A stretch of 62,923 nucleotides of DNA, filler included, from Choristocarpus tenellus KU-1152 (lineage: Eukaryota; Protista; Phaeophyceae): NCBI GenBank assembly GCA_964200185.2. It is 10 parts of 10 records of this genome, joined end to end, with 100 filler letters (N's around TTAATTAATTAA, not from the genome) between each part and the next. Parts side by side here need not be neighbours in the genome. Positions count along the whole stretch, not along the records: positions 52,733 to 55,436 come from CAXNAD020025483.1; positions 55,537 to 58,813 come from CAXNAD020021094.1; positions 58,914 to 62,923 come from CAXNAD020016684.1; 7 more parts are not named here. One strand, written 5' to 3'. A model generated the notes under the pieces. It did no database searches. It was not told the DNA's origin and was given only the letters and a program-made list of their open reading frames with translations. Below, piece after piece: positions 52,633 to 62,923 of the stretch. The position numbers and the translations under genes are program-made. Position 1 is the first letter of the stretch, and each line of letters starts with the position of its first letter.

Positions 52633-54040
52633 NNNNNNNNNNNNNNNNNNNNNNNNNNNNNNNNNNNNNNNNNNNNTTAATTAATTAANNNNNNNNNNNN
52701 NNNNNNNNNNNNNNNNNNNNNNNNNNNNNNNNTCGTTTTTTTTCTGTTTTTTTGGGGTGGTTTTTTGGGGGGGGGGGGGGGGTAGGGGGATTGGACAAGG
52801 AGTGGAGGGATGGGGGCACGTGCTCCTTCCATCAGAAAATCAAGTTATGAAGAAACAAAAAATGTTTTGAGAAAGGAGACGTTGAGACCCTCAGCCAATT
52901 GCATCGCTGCAACTAAGAAACTATGTTTACACTACACTGCAATGACATTGCGGCACTCTAGAGCGCTCCAGACTAATCGGTAGATTTCTGACCAACAAAG
53001 GAACTCAGGCATAGGCTAAGGGTTAGGGTCTTGGACTAATATAAGGTACAGTATAGATAGGCAGGACTGTTTCTCTCCTTACACATGACAGGCTATGCCT
53101 TATGTTGCAGGTAGGTCATCTACAATAATATGTCAAGAAAGTACTAAATTGCATGTAATCAATACAGCCTATGGTAGAAGTGTTGTACCGTTGACCAATC
53201 AAAACCATGTTAAATTCTATTATTAGTATCTCAAGAGTGAATGGACCTTTCCTCCATGATTGCAATTGGAGGGCAAACCATACCAACAACACACAAACTG
53301 ACTCCTTCATATCCTCCTAGCTCAGTCAGTCGTTACCTTGAGCCCCTATATACCCTACTCTACCCATCCCTTACTTCTTCCTCTCCTGAAATAATCCACT
53401 CAAGCACTGCCACATAATAACTATATATACTCAAGTATACACATGTTGCGCCCTCTAACATTTTGCAGATGTGTCGGAAAAAAACAAAACTATATCACAA
53501 GGACTGCCATAGAAGTAACAGTTGGGTTGTCGTTGACGTAAACGATACCTCTCTTAAAAACATCTACACTATTAATAGTTCAAAACCACCGCTATAGAAA
53601 GTCCCCTTAAGGGTTGTTCACCATAAAGTAATGTGTACACTACTATGCATCTAACCTAGCTTAGCCGTACAAAGAAGGGGGAGGAGCTAGGGCAACACCT
53701 CAAGAACCGGACATGCCTTTTGTTCTTCTTGCCAACCTGTCTGGTCCATGCAAATTGAAACACATGACACGTCTTGACATAAAAACATAATATATATATA
53801 TTCGTACGTAGTATGTAACCTCCCTATGTGTAGAGCACACACTCAGGAAACACAATGTCGAGTAATATGTAACACAGTGTTGAGTGCTACATAACATTAT
53901 GCTAAGTATCATGCTGTCCAAGGTGTTAAATACATCAAACCACACGACCAAACCCCAACCCCAATGAGACCATCAAAATCAACCCATAACCAATCCCCAG
54001 CAGCCGATCCATACTTTCCTGGCTCTCTTCCCTTCCTCTC

Positions 54041-54190
54041 TTACATGATGTTCTCCCTGTTGTCGTAAGACCAGAATCCGTTGACATCCACCAGCAAGCT
54101 CACCACAATGTGTCCAACGCCGGAGGAAATCAGATCCTTGAGTGTGATGAACTCAGGATTCTTTGGCTTCACCATGTCAAAGATCTCGTC
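54041..54190 (-). CDS. PPP2R3C: PP2A regulatory subunit B''gamma (PPP2R3C/TON2-FASS-like), terminal exon
   Basis: After a CCAG acceptor: DEIFDMVKPKNPEFITLKDLISSGVGHIVVSLLVDVNGFWSYDNRENIM*, matching the DEIFDMVKP...DL...D.NGFW.YENRE C-terminus of this family. Confidence 0.88.
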   Translation of the reverse strand, partial: DEIFDMVKPKNPEFITLKDLISSGVGHIVVSLLVDVNGFWSYDNRENIM

Positions 54191-55677
54191 CTGGTCAAAA
54201 GCAATAAACACAACACACACACAGACACAAACACATACATACGTATATATATATATATATATGTATACCCGAGGACAAGGCAACCACGATCAAACTGTTT
54301 GCATAGATAAATAAATGTATTTGGAGCGTGTGGGGGTGGCAGAGGACAGGGAGAGGAACCAAGGCTTGTACAAGATACAAAGGTATCTGCAGCAACAACA
54401 TCTGCGCTTAGACGCACGAGCTCAAAAAATAAGAAAGAGAAGTACAGTAGCAGTAGGCGCACGCATTACAAACTTTGTCCTTAGACGCACGTGCTTAAAC
54501 ATAGCAAAAAAGACTAACAAAAAGAGTGGTGCAGCGTATCACAGTACCTTTTCAGTGCACAAGCACAACTTGGTAGCCCACATTTAATACATATGTATCC
54601 ACATATAATACATATGTATCCATACGTACGCCAACAAAATCAGTCTGATTGGTGGCATGCCAGAGCCAGAAGATTCAAGAGAACAAGTCCTACCATGCTG
54701 ACAGTGTGGTAAGGACACGGCTCAGTGTGCATATGGTCTTGGGTAGGACAGACCTGCTTCTGGGTACGTAGCAACACAGGAAAAAAGACATCCCAATCAA
54801 AGCAATTCACCATGTGACGGATCCCATCGCTGAGAGAGAGAGGGAAAATCGGGTTTCCACTGCAGAGATTGAGAAATTGGACACTCTTGCATCAGAAGAG
54901 TTACTCCCTTAGGGATACTTGCAAAGATATTACTATCGACATGTACTCTGCTGAAAGGGGTGGAGCACGGTAATACCCTTAGCAACAAGATGCTCATCTT
55001 TTTTGTAGCAAAAAAGAATATACAACAGAATGAACAGAATTTTCATACTGTAGAGGACTAAACCTGACCTGACTCACCTACAGACAAATGTAAAAATGAT
55101 GTGAAAAATAAGCCAATACTATACTTGCGGGCAAAACCCCTTTCGTATATAACCCCTCACGACATCACTACACCTCAGAAAAACCAAATTAATATATATA
55201 TATATACATACACATACATACATACAAATGCGTAACTTATTTTCTTAAAAAAACAAAACATGCACTTAACTTTTCACACACAAGATGCAGTACGATCTGG
55301 AGAGAAGACAACTCAAACCAAATACCATCAGCAACAAAAAAAACAAAAAACACACACACATACATGTATTTAGCACTTTCCAGGATGCATTTGCCTTCTT
55401 TTACTATGAAGTGAAGAAAAAATAGGGGGGGAGGGGNNNNNNNNNNNNNNNNNNNNNNNNNNNNNNNNNNNNNNNNNNNNTTAATTAATTAANNNNNNNN
55501 NNNNNNNNNNNNNNNNNNNNNNNNNNNNNNNNNNNNAGGGGTGCCCAGGTGGATTTGACTCCTGTCCACTTGGGAACAGCCATGGTGTTGTTGTTGACAC
55601 CATCGTACAGAGTGGCAAGCGTGAGAGGTTGACACCAGTTACACCTCTTGCCCCGCAGGCATCGTTTATTGCCTACA

Positions 55678-55893
55678 CGCGTGTCACTAAGCATTTTTCT
55701 TTGCCGTTAGTTCAACCAAACTTGTGTAATCATAATGAAACTTGGTTCAACAGTTCTTTGTGCAGATATCCAGACATGCCCAAACCGCGTGTCACTAAGC
55801 ATTTTTCTTTGCCATTAGTTCAACCAAACTTGTGTAATCATAATGAAACTTGGTTCAACAGTTCTTTGTGCAGTTATCCAGACATGCCCAAAC
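55678..55893 (+). repeat. 108-bp in-frame tandem duplication upstream of the Gypsy protease
   Basis: RVTKHFSLPLVQPNLCNHNETWFNSSLC(R/S)YPDMPKP twice. Confidence 0.92.
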
Positions 55894-56574
55894 CTTTGTC
55901 GTTTTCATCACAAAGAGTGCGTGTATCTGGCACCGTTGAAGAACAAGAGGAAAATGACTTGACAATTGACACAGCCAGTGATGTACCATGTATTTCTGAA
56001 ATATTTATTCGCAATCACCCTCAACTGAAACGTTTTGATTTACATCCTGTCCCACTTGGTGCAATAAATCTACGTGCAGCAAATGGTTCACCTTTGCATA
56101 TTCGTGGATTTATTCGTTTTGCATTTATACTTGGTGACACCACATTGCCAGTTGAAGCCTTAGTGATTCCCCAACTTGTTCTCAATAAAGTTCTGCTTGA
56201 TAATAGTGTTACGCAGGCCTTCGGTGCAATCCTTGATTGGTAAGAACAACGTCTTTCATTTCACAACAGTTCGTGTACCATTCCAGCAAGGCACCATATT
56301 ACAAGGAGCCCCACTCAAGTAAGTGATAGAAGTACCACTCCTTCGTGTTCTGTGGTGAGTGTGCAACATGATTTTGACCGTAACCTGTTCGTGTACATAA
56401 ACAGTATAACATACCAGCTGGTCATGAAATCATCCTACGTTGCACAACTGATACTAGTCCGTCATTGGATACCGCCGTAGTAGTGGAGACAGTCATACAC
56501 TCCTTGCCTGCTGTAGATCAAACCACTGAATCTACACATCCATGGAATCGTATTGTAGCTGCTCGCACCTCAGT

Positions 56575-56755
56575 GACCCAAAGTATCTGGGGAGGGGTGA
56601 GGGGTCTACACCAGGCTGTCCATTTGGGCCAAAATCGAAAAAAGCGTTTTTACATTATCCATCCGACGTATGCAACCAAATCGTCCAAAAGTTGCGATAT
56701 GAAAAATTGTCCCCAAGTGGACAGCCGCCACCCACCCCCCCAAATACTTTGAGCC
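56575..56755 (+). mobile_element. MITE family B nested in Gypsy pol
   Basis: GACCCAAAGTATCTGG...CCAAATACTTTGAGCC; (C)AGT duplicated on the flanks. Confidence 0.85.
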
Positions 56756-56878
56756 AGTACTTGGTCAGCAAGTAATAGATCAGTATAGGTTCAAATGGCA
56801 AATCCAACAACACGGAAAGTACGTATCAGGAAGCATCTTGTGATAGGCCACTCAAGCCCTATTTCAGATCAGGTATCA

Positions 56879-57136
56879 GAGCCAAAGTATCTTAGAGGGT
56901 AGAGCCGCGTCCATTTGGAGGTCAAATTCCGATGTTCCGATTTTGATGTAATTTTGACTATCGAGTTTTTGGGCAAGTGTCAATATCCTTGTTCCGGACA
57001 CACCTTTTCATAACGTGCAAATTTTACCTACTCCGAAACATATCAGAGTAGGAAAATGTCATAAAACACCTGTGGGAAGCCAAGTCCCAAATGGACAAAC
57101 AGGGTAAAACTCGTACCCTCTAAGATACTTTCACTC
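56879..57136 (+). mobile_element. MITE family A nested in Gypsy pol
   Basis: GAGCCAAAGTATCTTAGAGGGTA...TACCCTCTAAGATACTTTCACTC; flanks ATCA/GTCA. Confidence 0.92.
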
Positions 57137-58995
57137 GTCAATTACTGTTAGTGCTCTAAATACTGATTCTGCTCCATTCAGTAAAGCTAGAGAAGAGTTA
57201 CATCAAGCCTTCACCAAGTCAAACGCATTCAAAGATACTACGTCCAATCAGTCCCAAGTGTCTCAGCTTTTAGACCTCTGTGCTCGATATAGATCGGTAT
57301 GTTCGTTGAATGCAGCAGAACTAGGCAGATTTACCCTAGCTGAAGCAGAAATTCCTATAGAGCCTGGTACCAAACCTGTTGACAGAAACCCTTACAGAGC
57401 AAACCCCCGTACTCAACAAGTAATTAACTCGTGTGTTAATACTGTGGAAGAGCAAGGCACTATTGAAAAACGTGCCAGCCCTTGGGGTAGTCCTGTTACT
57501 ATTGTGGCCAAATCTGATGGCTCCCCACGATTCTGTGTGGAGTATAGGTCAACTGGTAACAAACACCTTGTTCGACAGTCTTGGCCTATGCCTGATATAG
57601 AGTCTCAAATTGATACTGTTGGGGGTGCAAAATTTATCACCGTTTGTGATATTCAGAGTGCATATTGGCAGATTCCTGTTGCTGAGGATGACATTGATAA
57701 AACTGCTTTTTTCACGTCTAGAGGCAAATACGTTTTTAAGAGGAGGATGCCCTTTGGGATATCAAATGCCCCTTGGCAATTTCAAATAATCGTGTCCTTA
57801 GCCTTTGCCAACTTTGGTCCATTGAGTGGATTGCTAGTTTAGATGGATAATCTGATTGCTTGTTCTCCCACATGGGAAGGACATATACACTTACTAGAAC
57901 AGTAGTTCAAAGCGTTACAAGCAGCAGGTTTAACTTTGAAACCGTCAAAGATCCAGTTTGGACCCAAAGAAGTACGTTACTGTTCCACATTTTATCGTCT
58001 GAAGGGATTCGTATCGGTGAGGATCGTGTCCGTGCAATCACTGAATTACCCAAACCCACCACCATCAAAGAACTTCGATCTGTCCTAGGTATGATAAATT
58101 TTGTGCGTAAATTCATACCCAACTTAGCCACAGTAATCGAACCGTTAGTTCTTCTCACTAAGAAAGGTGTCAATAAGAGAGTGGATAAAGAATGGGGATT
58201 GGACCAGGATGTGGCATTTTTTAAAGTTAAAACAATTACTCACTGCTGCCCCGGTTCTCGTGTTTCCTGACTTTACCAAAGAATTCATCATCCATGTTGA
58301 TGCCAGTGAGAGTGGTGCTGAAGGTTTTTTTAGCACAACCTCGATCCGATGATCCTGCAGACCTAGGTATCATTGCATGCAGACCTAGGTATCATTGCAT
58401 ACTTAAGAAATTTAATGGAGCTCAACGTCATTATTCAGCTACATTAAGAGAGAGTTACGCAGTCGTTACAGCCATCACGCATTGGCGACCGTATCTTTGG
58501 GGTAGACACTTCACTTGCATCACACATCATGCCGCATTGTGTTACTTGTATAGAATGCAGGATACCAGTAACATGCTTACTCGTTGGGCTATTGCTCTTC
58601 AAGCGTATGATTTCACAGTCAAGCACAAGCCCGGTAAGCTCAATGTTATACCTGATACTCTATCTCGTATTTTCAAGTTTGAGGAACAGGAGAAATCCGT
58701 TGCTCCAATGCTGGCACCAATCTGTCGTAATGTGCCTGAAGGTAGTCGTGCATTTACCACACGTGTTCAAAAGGAATATGAGTTATCTGCTTTTAACCTT
58801 GACCAAGCAACGCNNNNNNNNNNNNNNNNNNNNNNNNNNNNNNNNNNNNNNNNNNNNTTAATTAATTAANNNNNNNNNNNNNNNNNNNNNNNNNNNNNNN
58901 NNNNNNNNNNNNNGTAGGAAGCTACAAAGAATCCTAAGTGTTGAGGTGAATACGGAGTATTCTCTCCAGTTTGAAGAGAGGCGGTAGGACCTCCA

Positions 58996-59603
58996 TGTTA
59001 CAGCGTGCCCCTGAACTCACCTCTACAGGATGTGTAACTCAAATCCAACGACCTTAAAACGACACTATAGGAACGTTGCCCTTGATAACAGTTTGTAGGG
59101 TGTCACGTATCCCTCTCTCTTGATATTCCTCTCAGTGCTTAGCTCAAAGCTCGACTCAAAGTTTCGTTCAAGATAAAAGAAAGGACTCTCTAAGTGGGTC
59201 AAGGTGTTTTCACCTAAAGCCCTCTTATTATTTTCATCATCCATCCAATTTCTTTGGTCTTCTATGCAACTGCTCTACACGTACTCCAATCATAAATCTT
59301 TATTCTGCAACTTCTTAGGGACTTTGACATTTCCTCCTGTAATGTTACGTATGCATTACGAATCTTACTCTGTATGTTCTACGAAATCAGCCTCTATTTT
59401 GTAAGGCTACCTATGTGTTACTAATATCTTACATTGTTCGCACTTGTTATTACGCGAGAAAAAATGCTCGCACTATTTGCCTGTCACAAATGTTCATGTT
59501 TGCTAAAACATGAGAAGAAGTGCTCACGCTATTCGCGTGTAACAAATGCTCGCATTTTGTTAGAACACAAGAAGAAATGCTCGTGCTATTCTCACCTGTA
59601 ACA
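58996..59603 (+). mobile_element. LTR (608 bp), related to the solo LTR at 18523; abuts the LHCX pseudogene
   Basis: TGTTACAG...CTGTAACA; CTCACCTCYACAGGATGT...AACTCAAATCCAA shared with 18523; purine-rich tract just upstream; no TSD, so probably a 3' LTR. Confidence 0.8.
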
Positions 59604-60774
59604 GTTCCTTGGCGCCACTGCTGCAGCCTTGTCAACTTCCTCTGGCTTCATGCAGCCATTAGATGGATCCCTGGCTGTCAGGTCAAGGGAAGCTGCACCT
59701 TCCAGGCTCAAGATGAGGGCAGGATCCGACTACATTGCAACCCTTCCCAGTGCCTCATTCTCGGACGGGTCTGTGCGGGATCCCCTCAGTCAAAAACGAC
59801 CCCAAGACGATCAAGAAGCTCCGCAAGGTGAAGCACGGTCATGTTGCCATGCTTGCCCCTGTGGGCATCCTTGTGGTTGAGGTGAGCTTGTTCTTCTCCT
59901 GAACCCTATGTCATGTAGGTGGTATCCAGTTTGTTCCCCGTTTTGTGCCCTGCCTTCATACATCGCGCTCCCACCAGGTTGCACTTTTGTACTGTTTCTC
60001 TGTGGTATTAGTAGTAGCCGCCACCATAATGAGACTGATACCACTATGTCAATTCACGTTGATTGATCTCGTTGTCAATTGCTCACGATTTCCACTCACT
60101 CCCCCCCGATCATCAATCGCTCTTTGCAGAGATTCCACCCCTGCTCATGGGTCTGAACTACATCGGACCTGCGGTCAACCTCTACCAGGAGATCATGGCG
60201 AAGTTCCCCAACTTCTGGGTGACGACCGTAACTGGTGTCGAATAACCTATTGTTATCCATGCGTTGTGTATCCTCATAAAAGTATATATAAAATAGTTTT
60301 CAGGTACGTTTACCTTCGGTTTGGTACAATACAAAGTTGTAACGTGGAAAATGGTATGACAAGCAACGGTATCATGAGTCAGTGTTTATTCATGCGTCAG
60401 TGATATTGGACAACTGACGGGCGATTAATAATTCAGTGTATGTTCACCATGTAACTCAACCAGCGTCTTTGGATGAGAAGCCTTTCCATGGGCTAAGCTA
60501 CTCAACAGCTGGTATCGCCTTCGTGGAGTACCAGGCTATCATGCACGGGTGGGGGGAGCTGGATTCCACGACTGGCATGGGCAACCTCAACTCCGACTAC
60601 ACCCCATGAGATATCACGTTTGACCCTGCTGGGCTCAAACCTGAATCTTCTGAGGAGTTTAAGGTGATGCAGATATAGGAGCTGAACAACGGACAACTGG
60701 TCATGATCGGTGTGGCAGGTATGCTTGTTCAGAAGCTTGTGGATGCCAAGGGCATCCTCAGCCACTTCGATTAG
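59604..60774 (+). pseudogene. LHCX: LHCX/LI818-type light-harvesting (photoprotection) pseudogene
   Basis: Three exon remnants: FLGATAAALSTSSG-FMQP...DPL/(fs)KKLRKVKHGHVAMLAPVGILVVE|; RFHP(fs)LLMGLNYIGPAVNLYQEI...FW|; AGIAFVEYQAIMHGW...DYTP*DITFDPAGLKPESSEEFKVMQI*ELNNGQLVMIGVAGMLVQKLVDAKGILSHFD*. Two stops, at least two frameshifts, start codon replaced by an LTR. Confidence 0.9.
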
Positions 60775-61742
60775 GGTGCTTAGCGTTGTATTGGTGGGGG
60801 CTTGTGCGAGATATGGCCGAGTTTTGCGATTCCCGATGACTTGACCCTCATCACGTTTTGACTTAGAATGGAAAGACTACTTTCTCCCTGGCTGCCGACT
60901 CGACAATGTTTTAGAATGGTACTAGTAGCAATCAACATAGCACACTATGTGTCCACCGTGTTGTGTTGGGGTGGGAGATAGGCCGTTGGCTGAGGTTGCT
61001 TCATGCAATGTATGATGATGTGCCTATATATGTGAGGGTGTAGGAGGAGTAGAGGTGCTGATATGATATGTGTGGTTGAATGAACATATGACTTGTTCAA
61101 GAGGCAATCTTTAATCCAATGCCCAAGGCTCATTGTCTCTGATGTGTCGCACACAACCTCTTCAATTTTGTGTTGTACATCAATGCAGGCAGCGTATACC
61201 CATCTTGTTCCCTCTTCACACTCAGTTTCCATCATGCCTATTTTCTTTACCTTACGGCTAGTCATGGAAGCTACATGCAAAGTGTGGTGCCTGGTAGTGT
61301 TTGGTAGAACGGAATGAGAAACGTACACCCCTGGAGTCTCAACTGTTGAGGTACTGAACTAGGGTATCCTCGGCTCGGAATGATAATGATAGATGGTTTT
61401 ATGGTGTCCACATACCAAGTTGTATTCACAAAACCAAAACCTGCTTCTCTTGGTGGTGGAATCATGGTACAGTACCCCAGCAGGTGACCCAGCAGCACAT
61501 TGTTGCTTCCAGGGTATGCCCTCTACACCAACGATGGTAGGATCCTGTTCTGAAGTGTGCCTCAGCAACTTCGAAAGACAGGTCAGTATAGTTCCTATTG
61601 GTAAAAGAAAGGATATCAGGTAATTCTCGCTGGTGGAGATGCATGGCAGATTCCTAAACACGCGGAAGATTCTGTCCGTCCACCTCCACTGCATAGGGGT
61701 TGTGCGACCAAAAACAAAAAGGTATATGATCGGATTTTTCCT

Positions 61743-62700
61743 TGTTAAGAATATGCTTTTTTTTCATGTGTAAAAGAAGATTCTGTAGAAGAAACAATCT
61801 AAGGATGAAGAGACAGTGTTTGTATTCTGAAGAATAGAAGATAAGGTTGGGTTTCAAGAACTAAAATATGGAAGAGTTCAGGAATAGGAAGCATTGTGGG
61901 AAGTAATTTCTGATTAGTTTGATTAGTCATTCACGGAATAGAATTGATATTTTGGCAAGAACACCGCCCCCCCTTTGGGGTTTGAAGCTCACTCTCCTTT
62001 CTTACACCATCCTTACTTCATGTACAACCTGTTCTGCATAATAAGGAATTAATCGAGTCATTTACATACACAAGTCTTGGGAACACCAATTTCTTTAACA
62101 TGCTAGCTAGCACTACTTATTGAATTGTGCTAAGTTCTCAAGGCTAGCGTTAAATCCATTTGAGGGGGAGTCCCGAAGGAGGAGGCCGTCGGTTATAGAA
62201 GACATACTTCGAGAAGAGCGGAGTATGGAGACACGACAACTGCAACACCAGTTGAAGAAGGTGGAGAGGTGGTCGAGTCTGAGGATGAAGAAGACAGAGG
62301 GGCAGTTAGCAGAACCGCGCAACAGGGGGGCACCAACGGGCCGAAGATTAAAACGACTGATTCCATTGCCATCGACGATTAAGGTTTACAGTGGCAATGA
62401 TGATGGTGATGGATTTGCCATGTTTCAGCGAAAATTTCTTTCGTGTGCTGCCATGGGGGGCTGGAAAGATACGATCCTATCTAATGATCATATCAGAGTC
62501 AGTAGCGATTTCTTTGACGCGTCAAGATGATCCGAACGTGAAATAGACAAGGCTAGTATGGCGATGGCTGCTCTGGTGATGGCTTTGGATGAGTTCGAGG
62601 AAAACGTGGCAAGCAACTATGACAGTCCTTTGGAAACTTATGTTAAAGTATCCCCAAAATCATCAAAGAGGATAAAAGTGATAAACCCAGCGAGATTGCT
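61743..62700 (+). mobile_element. Probable 5' LTR (61743-62100) and decayed Copia-type gag
   Basis: TGTTAAGAA...TTCTTTAACA termini, then a degenerate PBS-like TGCTAGC and an ORF with IKVYSGNDDGDGFAMFQRKF...(stop)...KASMAMAALVMALDE...DSPLETYVK, gag-like in layout. Confidence 0.5.
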
Positions 62701-62923
62701 TGGTGTCTGTAGAGTGATTGATTAAATTTAGGTGGGGCATGCAAGGCCCCATAAAATCATAAATAATTCCTTTTATATGAGAAAAATTCTCATTCAAACT
62801 AATCACTAGTAAAAGGTTCTGATAACTCAACCACTAATTGATTGTTCCATTACTCAATGCATATTTTACCGTAACTGTCTGATAGAGTTGGAAGAGTCTA
62901 ATCGAACACCCTCCCTAGCTTAA

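Larger units (their letters stand above)
55537..58813 (+). mobile_element. Ty3/Gypsy LTR retrotransposon pol (aspartic protease, RT, RNase H), inactivated
   Basis: Protease LTIDTASDVPCIS...AANGSPLHIRG; RT SPWGSPVTIVAKSDGSPRFCVEYR...DIQSAYWQIPV...KTAF...MPFGISNAPWQFQ with the YxDD motif mutated to *MDN; RNase H FIIHVDAS...QRHYSAT...WRPYLWGRHF...LTRWAIALQAYDFTVKHKPGKLNVIPDTLSR. Contains stops, frameshifts and two MITE insertions. Confidence 0.95.

Noticed and set aside
11124-58913. Recurrent TTAATTAATTAA motif within N runs, and ORFs ending XXXLIN
   Set aside because: Artificial six-frame-stop linker joining contigs; it also rules out any gene-cluster reading across contigs.

Overview
Eukaryotic, intron-rich, repeat-rich nuclear DNA from a photosynthetic stramenopile, most likely a brown alga or close relative. 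This is inferred from an LHCX gene, bipartite plastid-targeting peptides and a GDPH-domain metalloprotease. The window is ten short contigs joined by nine artificial 100-bp linkers (N45-TTAATTAATTAA-N43), so adjacency across linkers means nothing. Spliced genes I could reconstruct by hand: a plastid-targeted Sua5/YciO/YrdC-family gene, a secreted metzincin protease with a knottin-like module and a GDPH domain, two exons of alanyl-tRNA synthetase, the last exon of a PP2A B''gamma (PPP2R3C/TON2-like) subunit, three hypothetical multi-exon genes, and an LHCX pseudogene cut by an LTR. Mobile DNA: decayed Ty3/Gypsy pol and chromodomain-integrase fragments, LTRs, Copia-like remnants, a TA-flanked TIR element, and about 17 copies of three related MITE families with shared termini (4-bp TSDs clear in family A; Sola2-like). 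Introns and repeats are strongly CpG-depleted while gene 5' ends are CpG-rich, which suggests cytosine methylation. No prokaryotic features, RNA genes or CRISPR arrays were found.
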